This document shows, piece after piece, positions 1-12,149 of a stretch of 64,000 nt of DNA. A model generated the notes under the pieces. The model was not told the origin of the DNA. It did not search any database and worked only from the letters and a program-made list of their open reading frames with translations. How positions within the stretch are numbered: position 1 is the first letter of the stretch; every line of letters begins with the position of its first letter. Position numbers and translations under genes: made by a program. The DNA lies in NCBI GenBank assembly GCA_951406725.2, contig OX597824.1, positions 22,382,001 through 22,446,000 on the forward strand, in the 5' to 3' direction. The stretch is from Octopus vulgaris (Eukaryota).

Positions 1-112
1 AGAAAATATAAATGTAGACAATAACAATGTACTACACAAGTTTAGCTTGGAATCAAGGTCGGATTAAGATTCATAGATGATGATGATGACGACGACAATG
101 ATGATGATGATA

Positions 113-323
113 TACTCTTTACTCTTTTAGTTGTTTCAGTCATTTGACTGCGGCCATGCTGGAGCACCATCTTTAGTGAAGCAAATCGACCCCAGGACTT
201 ATTCTTTGTAAGCCAAGTACTTATTCTATTGGTCTCTTTTGCCGAACTGCTAAGTTATGGAGATGTAAACACACCAGCATCGGTTATCAAATGATATTGG
301 GGGGACAAACACAGACACACAAA

Positions 324-375
<52 letters not shown>

Positions 376-546
376 CATATATATGACAGGCTTCTTTCAG
401 TTTCCATCTACCAAATCCATTCACAAGGTTTTGGTCGGCCAAGGCTATAGTAAAAGACGCTTGCTCAAGGTGCCATGCAGTGGGACTGAACCCGGAAACA
501 TGTGGTTGGTAAGCAAGCTACTTACCACACAGCCATTCATGCGGCT
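113..546 (-). mobile_element. SINE family A (tRNA-derived head, CORE-like CCTTGGGCAAG segment, internal TA/TG microsatellite, AAGAGT tail)
   Basis: Matches the family consensus seen in intact copies such as 28498-28895: A-box-like TGGCTGTGTGG, B-box-like GGTTCAGTCCC, 3' ...GACTGAAACAAGTAAAAGAG. About 20 copies in the window. Confidence 0.9.
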
Positions 547-804
547 ACAATATACATATATATATATATATATATGCATACATTTTTTCATGTTCAACTG
601 TTAATCCCTACAGATTTTCTCTCTTCACTTTCGTTTATTTGTTCTTTCTCTCTCTGTATTTCTCCTCTCAGCCCTTTCTGCCAAAGAGCATAGACTCAAA
701 ACATCAATGGCTTTTCCATTTTCCCGAGCATCAAACTGATACACCCACTTGTTCCCTCACCTGTCTTCATCTTTTGTTTTCCGTAAATTTGAACTATCTA
801 TCTA

Positions 805-859
<55 letters not shown>

Positions 860-881
860 ATATATATACGTATGTATATGC

Positions 882-921
<40 letters not shown>

Positions 922-1436
922 GCATGTATATGCATATATATATATATATAATTTCAATATTAATGATAAATGGGTAAAATTAATTAATTAATTAATTAAT
1001 CAATTGAGATCCTTGAGCTCCTAGTTCTAAAATCAGTGCATGGTGAAGCAATTAGCTGACCCCTAATTATAATTATGTTTATAATTATAGAATATATATA
1101 TATATATACATATATATATCTATCATCATCATCATCATCGTCACAATCACAATCATCAATGTCATCATCATCAATTAATGTCTATTCTCTATACTGGCAT
1201 GGGTTACATGGTTTGACAAGAAGTAGCAAGCAGGAAGACTGGGCCAAGTTCTGTTGTCTGTTTCGGCATGATTTCTACAGCTGGATGCCCTTCTCAATGC
1301 CAACCACTTTACAGAGAGTACTGAATGCTTCTTACATGGCACCAGCACCAATAGGGTCACCAAGTAACTCGCAAGACTACACAAAGTCCTTTCGAGTGGT
1401 GGAGTGGGTGGATAGGATCGAGGGAGGTGGCTGTCT

Positions 1437-1838
1437 TATTTCTTTACTACCCACAAGGGGCTAAACATAGAGAGGACAAACAAGGACAGACAAAGGGATT
1501 AAGTCGATTACATCGACCCCAGTGCATAACTGGTACTTAATTAATTGACCCCGAAAGGATGAAAGCGAAGTCGACCTCGGCAGAATTTGAACTCAGAACT
1601 TAACGGCAGATGAAATACCTATTTCTTTACTACCCACAAGGGGCTAAACACAGAGGGGACAAACAAGGACAGACAAAATGGATTAAGTCGATTAAATTGA
1701 CCCTAGTTCATAACTGGTACTTATTTAATCAACCCTGAAAGGATGAAAGGCAAAGACCTCGGCGGAATTTGAACTCAGAACGTAGCAGCAAACGAAATAC
1801 CGCTAAGCATTTCACCCGGCGTGCAAACGTTTCAGCAA
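1437..1838 (-). mobile_element. SINE family B tandem dimer (tRNA-like head, GCCTTTCATCCTTTCGGGGTCGATAAATTAAGTACC central domain)
   Basis: Two ~185-bp head-to-tail units, flanked by a near-perfect TSD GGGAGGTGGCT(G/T)TCT. The central domain resembles the Meta/Sauria-type SINE domain. Confidence 0.85.
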
Positions 1839-2804
1839 GGGAGGTGGCTTTCTGCCAATGGTGGACTTCCACACAGACTCCATGAACCAAATGAATTCCG
1901 AAGGCTTTGATCGTCCCTGGGTTATATATAATAAAATCATTTGCCCAAGCTGCTGTGTAGTGGGACTGAACTCAAGACCACATTGGTTGGGAAGCAAGCT
2001 TCTTAACTCCATACAACCCGGCCATTAAAACTAAAGTGTAGTGTACATCAAAGCTGAACAGCGATATAGTTTAAAATACAGCAGAACACAAATGTAGTGA
2101 TAGAAAAAAAAAAAAGAAAAAAAAAAAGAATAATAATAGTTGTAGAAGCGATCGCAGTGTTATGTCAAACAAAGTAAGATGAAAAAAATGTGAGATTAAT
2201 GACTCAGAAGCGTTGAATAACTTCGGCAATAACTCATGGAAGAAAAATGTTGATATATAGCTCAGAGATATATCACACAAACTATTCCCACCTGAATAGA
2301 GTTCTTAAGCAGTGTCAAACCTGATTATTATATAGATGTGTGTTTGGTGAAACTGGTTGAGTTGTAAACATTATCCTTGATGAAAAACCCCAGCATGGCC
2401 ACCACAGCCAATTGGTTGGAACCAATAAAATAATAATTAATAGACTTGTGATAATTAATAATTAATAGATTTCATATTAATAGACTTTGTATCTGGCAAC
2501 TCTAAAATGTTGCTATCTTTTATCTTTTGATGTTGTTTCTCTTTTTTTTGGTTTTCTTTTTTTGTTTCAATCATTGGACCATGGTCATGCTGGAGCACAC
2601 CACCTTCAAGGGTTTAGGCTAATGAATCAATGGAAAGTTATTCAACCAGTCTCCTTTGCCGAGCTGCTAGGTTACTGGGATGTAAATAAACCAACATTGG
2701 TTTTCAGATGGTGCTGGTGGACAAAGACAACACAGACAAACACACACACACACACACATACACACATATATACATGCATATATATACATACACACACACA
2801 GACA

Positions 2805-3150
2805 TCATCATCATCATCATCATCATCATTTAACATCCGCTTTCCATGCTGGCATGGGTTGGACGATTTTACTGAGGATTGGCAAACCAGATGGCTGTAC
2901 CAGGCTCCAATCTGATCTGGCAGAGTTTCTACAGCTGGATGCCCTTCCTAACGCCAACCACTGAGAGTGTAGCGGATGCTTTTACATGCCACCGGCACGT
3001 GGGCCAGTCAGGCAGTACTGGCAATGGCCACGCTCAAATGGTGTTTTTTATGTGCCACATGCACAGGAGCCAGTCCAGCGGCACTGGCAATGATCACACT
3101 CGGATGGTGCTCTTAGTGCTCCACTAGCACGAATGCCAGTCATCGAATTT
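2805..3150 (-). mobile_element. SINE-like family C, 5'-truncated, (GAT)n tail, GGAAGGGCATCCAGCTGTAGAA motif
   Basis: Same sequence recurs at 19107, 24080, 28205, 28910, 33498 and 53395, with internal ~45-bp GTGCCGGTGGCACGTAAAAAGCACC subrepeats. Confidence 0.8.
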
Positions 3151-3166
3151 GATTTCGATTCAGACA

Positions 3167-3208
<42 letters not shown>

Positions 3209-3566
3209 GGACGATGTCTATATTACAATATTACAATGACCAATAATATATTGTGCATGTATAGTAACATTAAGATCATGAAATTAGCATTAGCTTACCT
3301 CACTCTTTCTTATGGAACCCCTAGGAACCTTTTGCAGAACCCGAGGGGTCTAGGGAGCCTGGTTGAAAAACGCTGACAGCACCTGACATAAAATAATCTC
3401 CCTCTCAAAGACTCACCCCACTTAGTTGTGAAGGCTTTTTCCTTTTCCACTATTTTTCCTTGCTGCAACTTGCTTGGTGACCCGACTAGAGTTGGTGGCA
3501 TGTAAAAAACACCCTGTACACACTGTAACATTCTTGGCATTTCAAAGAGTCTCCAGCTATCAGAGC

Positions 3567-3993
3567 AGAGACAAGCTGACACTGAATCAGCTTTGCTGAC
3601 TGACAGGTGGCGGTTGTTTAGAGAATGTGCGGGCTAAGACTACGTGCCTTCACTAGTCAGTTAAGGTGAGACAGTGTCACGTGACAACTTGACGGGGCTA
3701 CCTGCTGGAGCCTAGCGGCAGGTATTTAAAGGGAAATATTTAACAAGTTAGTCAGTCACCAGCTGACACTCACTGGTGATACATAGAAGAGGCCAGGGAA
3801 CAGAAGAAAGAAGACATGCACCCAACACCAGAGCTGAAGACACCTCCGGAAAGGGGGGCCCCACCACGTCAAAACGGTAGAGAAATAGGGGCCAAAAACG
3901 GACATGGTTCCTCCTGATGATGTCTTGAGCTAACTGGATCCTATAAAGGAGCTGTTGTGGTAGCAGACCACGAAACACGGTTGTAATTCCTCC
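3567..3993 (+). mobile_element. ~420-bp LTR-like (solo-LTR or pseudo-LTR) element, copy 1
   Basis: Inverted homolog of 13635-14052 (the ORF track shows the shared spurious peptide MFRGLLPQQLLYRIQLAQDIIRRNHVRF). TATTTAAA box near 3723. Termini are degenerate. Confidence 0.6.
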
Positions 3994-5589
3994 TTCCAGC
4001 GCATCTCCCTTGCTATCCTTTGCAGTAACACTTTTTCCATTTTACCTGCTGATGCCATGATAAATGTTTCTATACTGTGAGGTGCCAAAACTGACACAGG
4101 TGCCTGGTGCAGCTCTGCAACTCAATGGACCCTGTCAAACTATCCAACCCATACCAGCATGGAAAATGGATGTTCACAGACAATGATAATGATGGTGAAG
4201 AATTTTACACATAGCGTTCTTTTAATTATCCTCAATATTTTACTGTAGGTTCCTCTATTATATTACATTGGCATATTTGATCATAATGTTTACTTTATTC
4301 TGTTGCAATAGGTTCTTGCCGTATTATATTATATTATATTATATATTATATTATATTATATTATATTACACATTATATTATATTACATATTATATTATAT
4401 TATATTATTTAATATTCCTATATGTTTTTTTATTATGCCGCTATGAATAATCAGCCATTCTTGTGTTATTGTTTTGCTCAAGCTGTCCTCTTTCTTCATA
4501 TATATTATGCATATGTGTGTGTGTATGTATGTGTGTAGGTATATATGTATATACACGTACACACGCACATATTTCCCATACAGTAATTATTTTTGTTCAC
4601 TATTTTTTTTCGTCTCGTTCTACCTCTTAACTAAATATCTTCCATACACACACACCACACACACACACATGTATATAAGTATATATAAGTATATACACAT
4701 ATATACATACATATATATACATGTACATATACATCGACTCACACACACACACATATACAAATATATATGTATATATATATATATATATACATACACATAC
4801 ATCCATAAATATATACATAAATACATATATACATACATACATACATATGTGTTTGTGTGTGTGTATGTATCACAATTAATTTCACAGATTCACCACTTGT
4901 ACACTACACCACCACCACTACCACCATCATCACCACTCCACCATTACCCAGCCATTTTCTGTCCTTTAATGATCCTATCCTGGCTTCATTTTGCTTTAAT
5001 CATCCACATATTATTGATAAATTACTTTGCATTCCTAAATGACTAACCTTTAACCCTCCAACTAAAAGCATCCTTTTAAACATTAGACTTCAGCCTCTCC
5101 CACCATCCTATGTAACGGCCTCTGTTCTCAAATTTCCTTTCTGTTTATCTTTTATCTTTTGCTTGTTTCAGTCATTGGACTATGGGCCATGCTGGAGCAC
5201 CGTGTTGAAAGATCTGAAACAAGCAGTTGTAGGTATGGCTGTGTGGTAAGATGTATGCGCCTGAAGGCGGTGAGCTGGCAGAAACGTTAGCACGCCAGGC
5301 GAAATGCTTATCGGTATTTCGTCTGTCGTTACGTTCTAAGTTCAAATTCCACCAAGGTTGACTTTGCCTTTCATCCTTTCGGGGTTGATAAATTAAGTAC
5401 CAGTTACACAAACCAGATATAATGCAGAGAAGAAACATGTCTTCTGGCTTTATGTTCTGAATTCAAATTCTTATTTCTTTATTGCTCACAAGGGGCTAAA
5501 CATAGAGGGGACAAACTAAGACAGACAAAGGGATTAAGTCGATTACATGGACCCCAGTATGTAACTGGTACTTAATTTACTAAATATAA

Positions 5590-6004
5590 GGCGGCGAGCT
5601 GGCAGAAACGTTAGCACGCCGGGCGAAATGCGTAGCTGTATTTCGTCAGCCGCTACGTTCTGAGATCGTATTCCGCCGAGGTCGACTTTACCTTTCATCT
5701 TTTCAGGGTCGATAAATTAAGTACCAGTTACACACGGGGGTCGATGTAATCGACATAATACCTATGTCTGTCCTTGTTTGTCCCCTCTATGTTTAGCCCC
5801 TTGTGGGTAATAAAGAAATAGGTATTTCATCTGCCATTACATTCTAAGTTCAAATTCCACCAAGGTCGACTTTGCCTTTCATCTTTTCAGGGTTGATAAA
5901 TTAAGTACAAGTTACACACTGGGGTCGATGTAATCGACTTAATCCCTTTGTGTGTCCTTGTTTGTCCCCTCTATGTTTAGCCCCTTGCAGGCAATAAAGA
6001 AATA
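5590..6004 (+). mobile_element. SINE family B dimer (partial B copies also at 5266-5580)
   Basis: GGCGGCGAGCTGGCAGAAACGTTAGC head, junction GAAATA-GG-TATTTC, tail CCCCTTGCAGGCAATAAAGAAATA. Confidence 0.85.
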
Positions 6005-6268
6005 AGAAGTATGCATCCCAACAACATAGTCCCAGGTTCTCTCTCAAATCTTGTTAAAGACTTTCAACCCAGCCCTTCTTCCCTAGATTTTGTGCACTCT
6101 GCAAATTCGTCCTATTTGGTAATTTTCATCAAGTAGGATGTCCAGGCAAGACAATCTCTCTATGTCTGGCTAGCTATGTCTTTAGCCCTCTTCCTTCTCC
6201 ACACTTCCCCTTTCCTCCTCCTCCTCTGTATATCTTATACAAAAATCATGTTTCTACTTTATATTATA

Positions 6269-6669
6269 CTAGCAGTATCGTCCGGCGTTGCTCGGGTTTG
6301 TAAGGGAAATAACTATATAAGCATTTTTAGAGAGTTATAGCCAAAAAGTAGCAAAAAAAATGCATTAAAAATGGAAAAAAATGATGGTAAATTTTTTTTT
6401 AAATCGTTGACTCATCGTAGACATTTTTAGAGAGTTACTTCCCTTATATAATTGCGAAAAAATGCATTAAAATGGAAAAAAATGATGGTAAATTAGTTTT
6501 AAAATCGTAGACTCATCGTAGACGCGCGCTAATAATACCCAGAAGGGCTCGATATGAATCACGACTATAAGATACCCGGTTTTGGTTAAACTGCACCACA
6601 AAATGTGGGAGTAGTTAGGAATCTAAATCGTAGGAGACAGACTCACAACTTGACTTTTATATATAAAGA
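6269..6669 (-). mobile_element. Non-autonomous Helitron
   Basis: Minus strand reads A|TCTTTATATATAAAAG...CCCGAGCAACGCCGGACGATACTGCTAG|T: 5'-TC, subterminal GC hairpin, 3'-CTAG, inserted between A and T with no TSD. Confidence 0.85.
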
Positions 6670-7128
6670 TTGTTACACTGTAAGGTGATTTGCCCTCTAT
6701 ACTGGCCAACTTCACCATCTCATAAGTGGTGAATTGGTAGAGCAGAAGACATACCTTCATGTTCTGAGTTCAAACCTTCTCTGGGTCAACTTTGACTTTA
6801 ATCTTCTGGAGTCTGATAAAATAAGTACCACTTGAGTACTGGGGGGGGGGGGGATGATATAATTGGCTGTTCCTTTCCCAAAGTAATTCCTGATCATGTG
6901 TCTAGATAAGAGATCAATATATTGATTTATTGCTATATCGTATATCATATCATATTACTATATATTATATTATATTTCTGTCTTAGCCAGACACCTGTTT
7001 GAGTTCTTCTGTCATACTTTAAGTGTAAGTGGATTTTATTGACAGAAATGGAAAGAAGCTCATACTATGTGTATGTGTGTGTATATTTGTATTTCTTTGA
7101 CAAGAAAGAGCAACAAAATAACACAAAT

Positions 7129-7159
<31 letters not shown>

Positions 7160-7187
7160 GGCATATATGCATATATATAGGCATATA

Positions 7188-7238
<51 letters not shown>

Positions 7239-7283
7239 GCATATATGCATATATATATATATATATATATATATAGGCATATA

Positions 7284-7321
<38 letters not shown>

Positions 7322-7323
<2 letters not shown>

Positions 7324-8154
7324 CATATATGCATACATATATGTACATACATATACATGTATATCGATATACATATATGGGTACAGGACATCACAAAATG
7401 TAAACAACATGAAATACGAAAATAAAGTTGTGGATGCAAATAACAAGAAAAACAAATGGAAAACAAGACGAGTAGCATAAAAGATGACCCTTCATCAGTT
7501 GTTGGCTGTCCTTCTACTCCTTATTTTGAGCATTAAGGACAGCCGACAACTGATGAAGGGTCGTTTTTTTATGTTACTCATCTTTTTTGCCATTTGTTCC
7601 TCTCATTACTCTTTTACTTGTTTCAGTCATTTGACTGTGGCCATGCTAGAGCACTGCCTTTAGTCGACCAAATCGACCCCAGGACTTATTGTTTGTAAGC
7701 CTAGTACTTATTCTATCGGTCTTTTTTGCCAAACTGCTAAGTTACGGGGGACGTAAACACACCAGCATCGGTTGTCAAGCTGTGTTGGGGGCGGGAGGGG
7801 GCAAACACAGACGCACAAACATATACACACACATACATATATATACATATATACAATGGGCTTCTTTCAGTTTCCATCTACCAAATCTGCTCACAGGGCT
7901 TTGGTCGGCCCGAGGCTATAGTAGAAGACACTTGCCCAAAGTGTCATGCAGTGGGAGTGAACCTGGAACCATATGGTTCATAAGCAAGTTACTTACCACA
8001 CAGCCACTCCTACACCTTGTTCACGTACCCAACTTTATTTTCGTATTTCATGTTGTTTACATTTTGTGACATCCTATACCCATATATGCATATCTCTATA
8101 TATATATATATGTGTGTATATGTATGTATGTACATATATGTATGTATATATGCC
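7322..8154. repeat. (TA)n-embedded foldback element; right arm interrupted by a SINE A
   Basis: Arm 7322-7523 is the reverse complement of 7545-7604 plus 8017-8154, with a ~21-nt loop. A related single arm lies at 44667-44830. Confidence 0.8.
7605..8016 (-). mobile_element. SINE family A
   Basis: Full-length family A match; splits the foldback arm. Confidence 0.9.
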
Positions 8155-8252
8155 TATATATATATATTATTATTATTTGATTGAATGTTATACATCCATT
8201 TCCAAGTAAATTTGTCTATATATATGTGTATATATATATATATATAATTATA

Positions 8253-9145
8253 TACAAGGCACGATGGGTAAATTGTCAGCATTTTGTAGTCTTAATTTCA
8301 CATATAGGCATTGTTTGTTTTTGATCTTGTCAACTGCACAGTATAGTAGGGTCAGTTGGGAATCATTTGTCAGGAAAACAGCACCATGATGCAGTTCATT
8401 CTGCCAGAAATTTGGAAATGACATGCTGTACTGATTGGCATTCATGCCAGAAGCTCCAATACAAACATTTCAGAGTGTTTGGGTGTGAATCTGAGGACAA
8501 TGCAGAGGATTTGGAAAGAGCTGGCTGAGTTTAATAATGATTACGAAGGTATGGCAGCTCAGGAAAACTCACTCCGATCATTCTGATAACAAAAGGACTC
8601 TTGAATTTGTTGGTGAGATCCAGGCCTTGATTGACAACCATCCCTCTAAGCCAATCAGGTTCATCACCAGGGACACGGGAGTGTCTGAGTTTCTTATCCA
8701 GCAAGTAGTGCATGAAGACATTGGGTATTCCTCATACAAAATGAGAAGGGGCCAATTTTTTATCCCAAGCCATCAAGGACAAATTTTTGAACCAACTCAA
8801 ACATCCCCTCCAGTCGAACATGCTTTGGTTTTTCTCAGACAAGAAAAATTTCTGCTAGGTTCAGATGGTGAACACACAGAACAACTGTTGGCTTGCTGTG
8901 CCCTCAAAACATGTATCAAGAGTGATAAAAATCAAACATCCAGTCAACATCATGGTGTTTGGAGTGATCCCTAGTGATGGTGATGTTATACCTCCATTCA
9001 TCTTCCCACATGGCCTCAGGCTAAACACAAAGGCCTACATCACATGCCTGGAGGAGGTAGTGCTGCCCTGGGTGAAGAGGGTGGCTGCTGGAAGACTCTA
9101 TTTCTGGCAACAGGACTCTGCACCATGCCACACAAGCAGAAGAAC
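8253..9145 (+). pseudogene. Degenerate Tc1/mariner-superfamily (maT/DD37D-like) transposase, 3'-truncated by a SINE A
   Basis: Frameshifted pieces WFFSDKKNF, KHPVNIMVFGVIPSDGDVIPPFIFPHGLRLN and LPWVKRVAAGRLYFWQQDSAPCHTSRRT. Probable TA|CAAGG left end. Confidence 0.8.
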
Positions 9146-9503
9146 CACATGGTTCCAGGTTCAGTCCCACTGCGTGGCACCTTGGGCAAGTGTCTTCTAC
9201 TATAGCCTCAGGCCGATTTGGTAGACAGAAACTGAAAGAAGCCCGTCGTTTATATATATATATATGTATGTATGTATTGTGTGTGTGTATACATTTGTGT
9301 GTCTATGTTTGTCCCCCAAATATCACTTGACAACCAATGCTGGTGTGTTTACATCCCCGTAACTTTGCAGTTTGCCAAAAGAGACTGATAGAATAAGTAC
9401 TAGGCTTACAAAGACTAAGTCCTGGGGTCAATTTGCTCGACTAAAGGCGGTGCTCCAGCATGGCCACAGTCAAATGACTGAAACACGTAAAAGAGTAAAA
9501 GAG
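9146..9503 (+). mobile_element. SINE family A, 5'-truncated
   Basis: Family A body and tail. Confidence 0.85.
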
Positions 9504-9554
9504 TATATGTATACACGCACACACACAGACACATAAATATATTTAGATAGATAA

Positions 9555-9585
<31 letters not shown>

Positions 9586-10171
9586 CATACATATATACAT
9601 ACATACATGCATACATGCATACATACATATAAATATATACATACATACTTACGTATAATGGAGCATTAGTGAAAAGCAGTGTTTAGGCATGAGCAGAATT
9701 TTGTCTAGTTGAAATATGTTTGTGACATATATCAACGGCTAAAAGACAAATACACTACACTTACCATAGAGAATAAGTCTCTCTTATGGTAAAAAGGTGT
9801 GGAAACAATGGTTCGTCCAGTGCCGCCCTCCATTTATGTATGTATGTATGTACATGTCTGTGTACGATTATGTATTTGTATGCTTGTGTCTCCTTGTCGT
9901 GACATGGCATAACAGTTGTAAATGTATGTCACTGTTATGTAAGCAGTGTCATTGATTTCCAGTTTCCTGTGAAGACATGTCGTCTAGTCACGGGGGGGGG
10001 GGGGGAATATTACCCCGCTTGGAAACAGGTGAAGGTGAGCAGCAGGAAAAGCATCTGGGCAGGGAAAGTTTGCTTCAGGTCTATGCGAGTATGGAAATGT
10101 AGACATTTAAATGACGATGACGATGATGATGATGATAATGATGATGATGACGATGACGACGATGAGGATTC

Positions 10172-10610
10172 TTCCAACTGTTAAAATTGCTATTATTATT
10201 GTTGACAATAATGTCAGAAAACACCATAGAATGTGATTAAATGACTCGTTTATGTTTCAAAATGTCAAAAGAAATTTTGAGTTTAACAGCCAATTTAAAG
10301 AAAAAAAATATATAAATGAAGAATTGAATTTTCTAATACTCATTAGAATTTTTATTGCTATAGCTGAGTGTTCTCTCATTTAGCAATAATACAAACCTTA
10401 TAAAGATTCTATTTAATACAGACAGTGATATTGGCTTGAAAGAAATAGAAAATGCCAATAATTATACAAGAGATAATAATGTCGCAAATGAATTACAAAA
10501 TTCTGTAGATGTCAACGTTTAGTCTGCTGTGAAAAAAATGAAACGGTTAAAAAATAATAGAAAATTCTAATTCTTAGATTAAATTTTTAGATTAAGCTTT
10601 TGCTTAGTTA
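10172..10610. repeat. ~440-bp AT-rich module, copy 1 (direct duplicate of 48416-48854)
   Basis: Near-identical by eye to 48416-48854, with only about a dozen differences. Confidence 0.9.
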
Positions 10611-10762
10611 GATAAACATTGAGTATTTCAACAATAATTTTATTTACAAATTAAATTTGCATCTATTAATTCATACATAGCTGGTAGGTATGTAGCAAAG
10701 TTATGCAAGCATGTACAAAGAAAATATTGCGCACAAAAATGGTAAATAAAACTTTAAATGCG

Positions 10763-11587
10763 TTTCTACTCTAGGCACAAGGCCCGAAATTTTTGGTGGG
10801 TGTATGGCGTGGTGGTGGTGGGGGAGTGGGGCAGTCGATTAGATCGACCCAGTTTGCAACTGGTACTTAATATATTGACCTTGAAAGGATGAAAGGCAAA
10901 ATCAACTTCAGCTGAATTTGAACTGAGAACGTAAAGACAGACGAAATACTGCTAAGCATTTTGCCCAGCGTGCTAACATTTCTGCCACTTGAAAATATTC
11001 TGAAATTTGGGGGGAGGGGTCCAGTCGATTAGATCGACCCCAGTATGCAACTGATACTTAATTTATCGAACCCGAAAGGATGAAAGGCAAAGTTGACCTT
11101 GGCAGAATTTGAACTCAGAATGTGAAGACCAATGAAAAACTGCTAAGCATTTTGCCCACCGTGCTAATGTTTCTGCCACTTGAAAATATCCTTCTCTGCT
11201 CTAGGCACAAGATCTGAAATTTTGGGGGAGGGGCCAGTTGATTAGATCGACCCCAGTATGCAACTGTTACTTAATTTATCGAACCCGAAAGGATGAAAGG
11301 CAAAGTTGACCTCAGCAGAATTTGAACTCAGAACGTAGCGATATGCGAAATACCACTAAGAATTTTGCCCAGCATGCTAACATTTCTGCCACTTGAAAAT
11401 ATTCTTTTCTACTCTAGGTACAAGGCTTAAAATTTCTGGGGAGGGGGCCAGTTGATTAGATCGAACCCGAACCCGAAAGGATGAAAGGCAAAGTCGACCT
11501 CAGCAGAATTTGAACTCAGAATGTAGCGATATGCGAAATACCACTAAGAAGTTTGTCTATCATGCTAACAATTCTGCAAGCTCCTCA
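10763..11587 (-). repeat. Tandem array of 4-5 SINE B-variant units (~190 bp)
   Basis: Repeated GAAAGGATGAAAGGCAAAG...GAATTTGAACTCAGAA...TTCTGCCACTTGAAAATAT, with the alternative GGCACAAGGCCCGAAATTT tail. Confidence 0.85.
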
Positions 11588-11926
11588 CCCTAAGTCCAAA
11601 CCAAATATCATACAAAAAATGGTAAGCAATGCTTGAAATTGGTTTTGAAACTATTTTTTTGAGCAGTGAGGTAAATATTAAACACAATTTTGGAAGGCTT
11701 TCCACCCAACTAAACACTAACATTTTTTTGTTGTTTTTATTGGTTGATTTCATATTTGCAATTACTGTTCTTAGTTGTTATATTAAAGTTTTATGTATCT
11801 AATATATCTAAATATACAGAATGACAATTTTTTAGATCCACTGACTTGAAATTTACTTATTGATTCAATTTATTCTTCTAAATTTATTTCACACATGGGA
11901 AATTATATTTTAAACTAGTTTTTATA

Positions 11927-11961
<35 letters not shown>

Positions 11962-11982
11962 ATGGATGTATGTATGAATGTG

Positions 11983-12016
<34 letters not shown>

Positions 12017-12101
12017 AGGAGGGGAGAGACAGAGAGGGAGATATGTATATATATATATATATATATGTGTGTGTATGTGTGTATGTGTAATAATAATGAA
12101 G

Positions 12102-12149
<48 letters not shown>

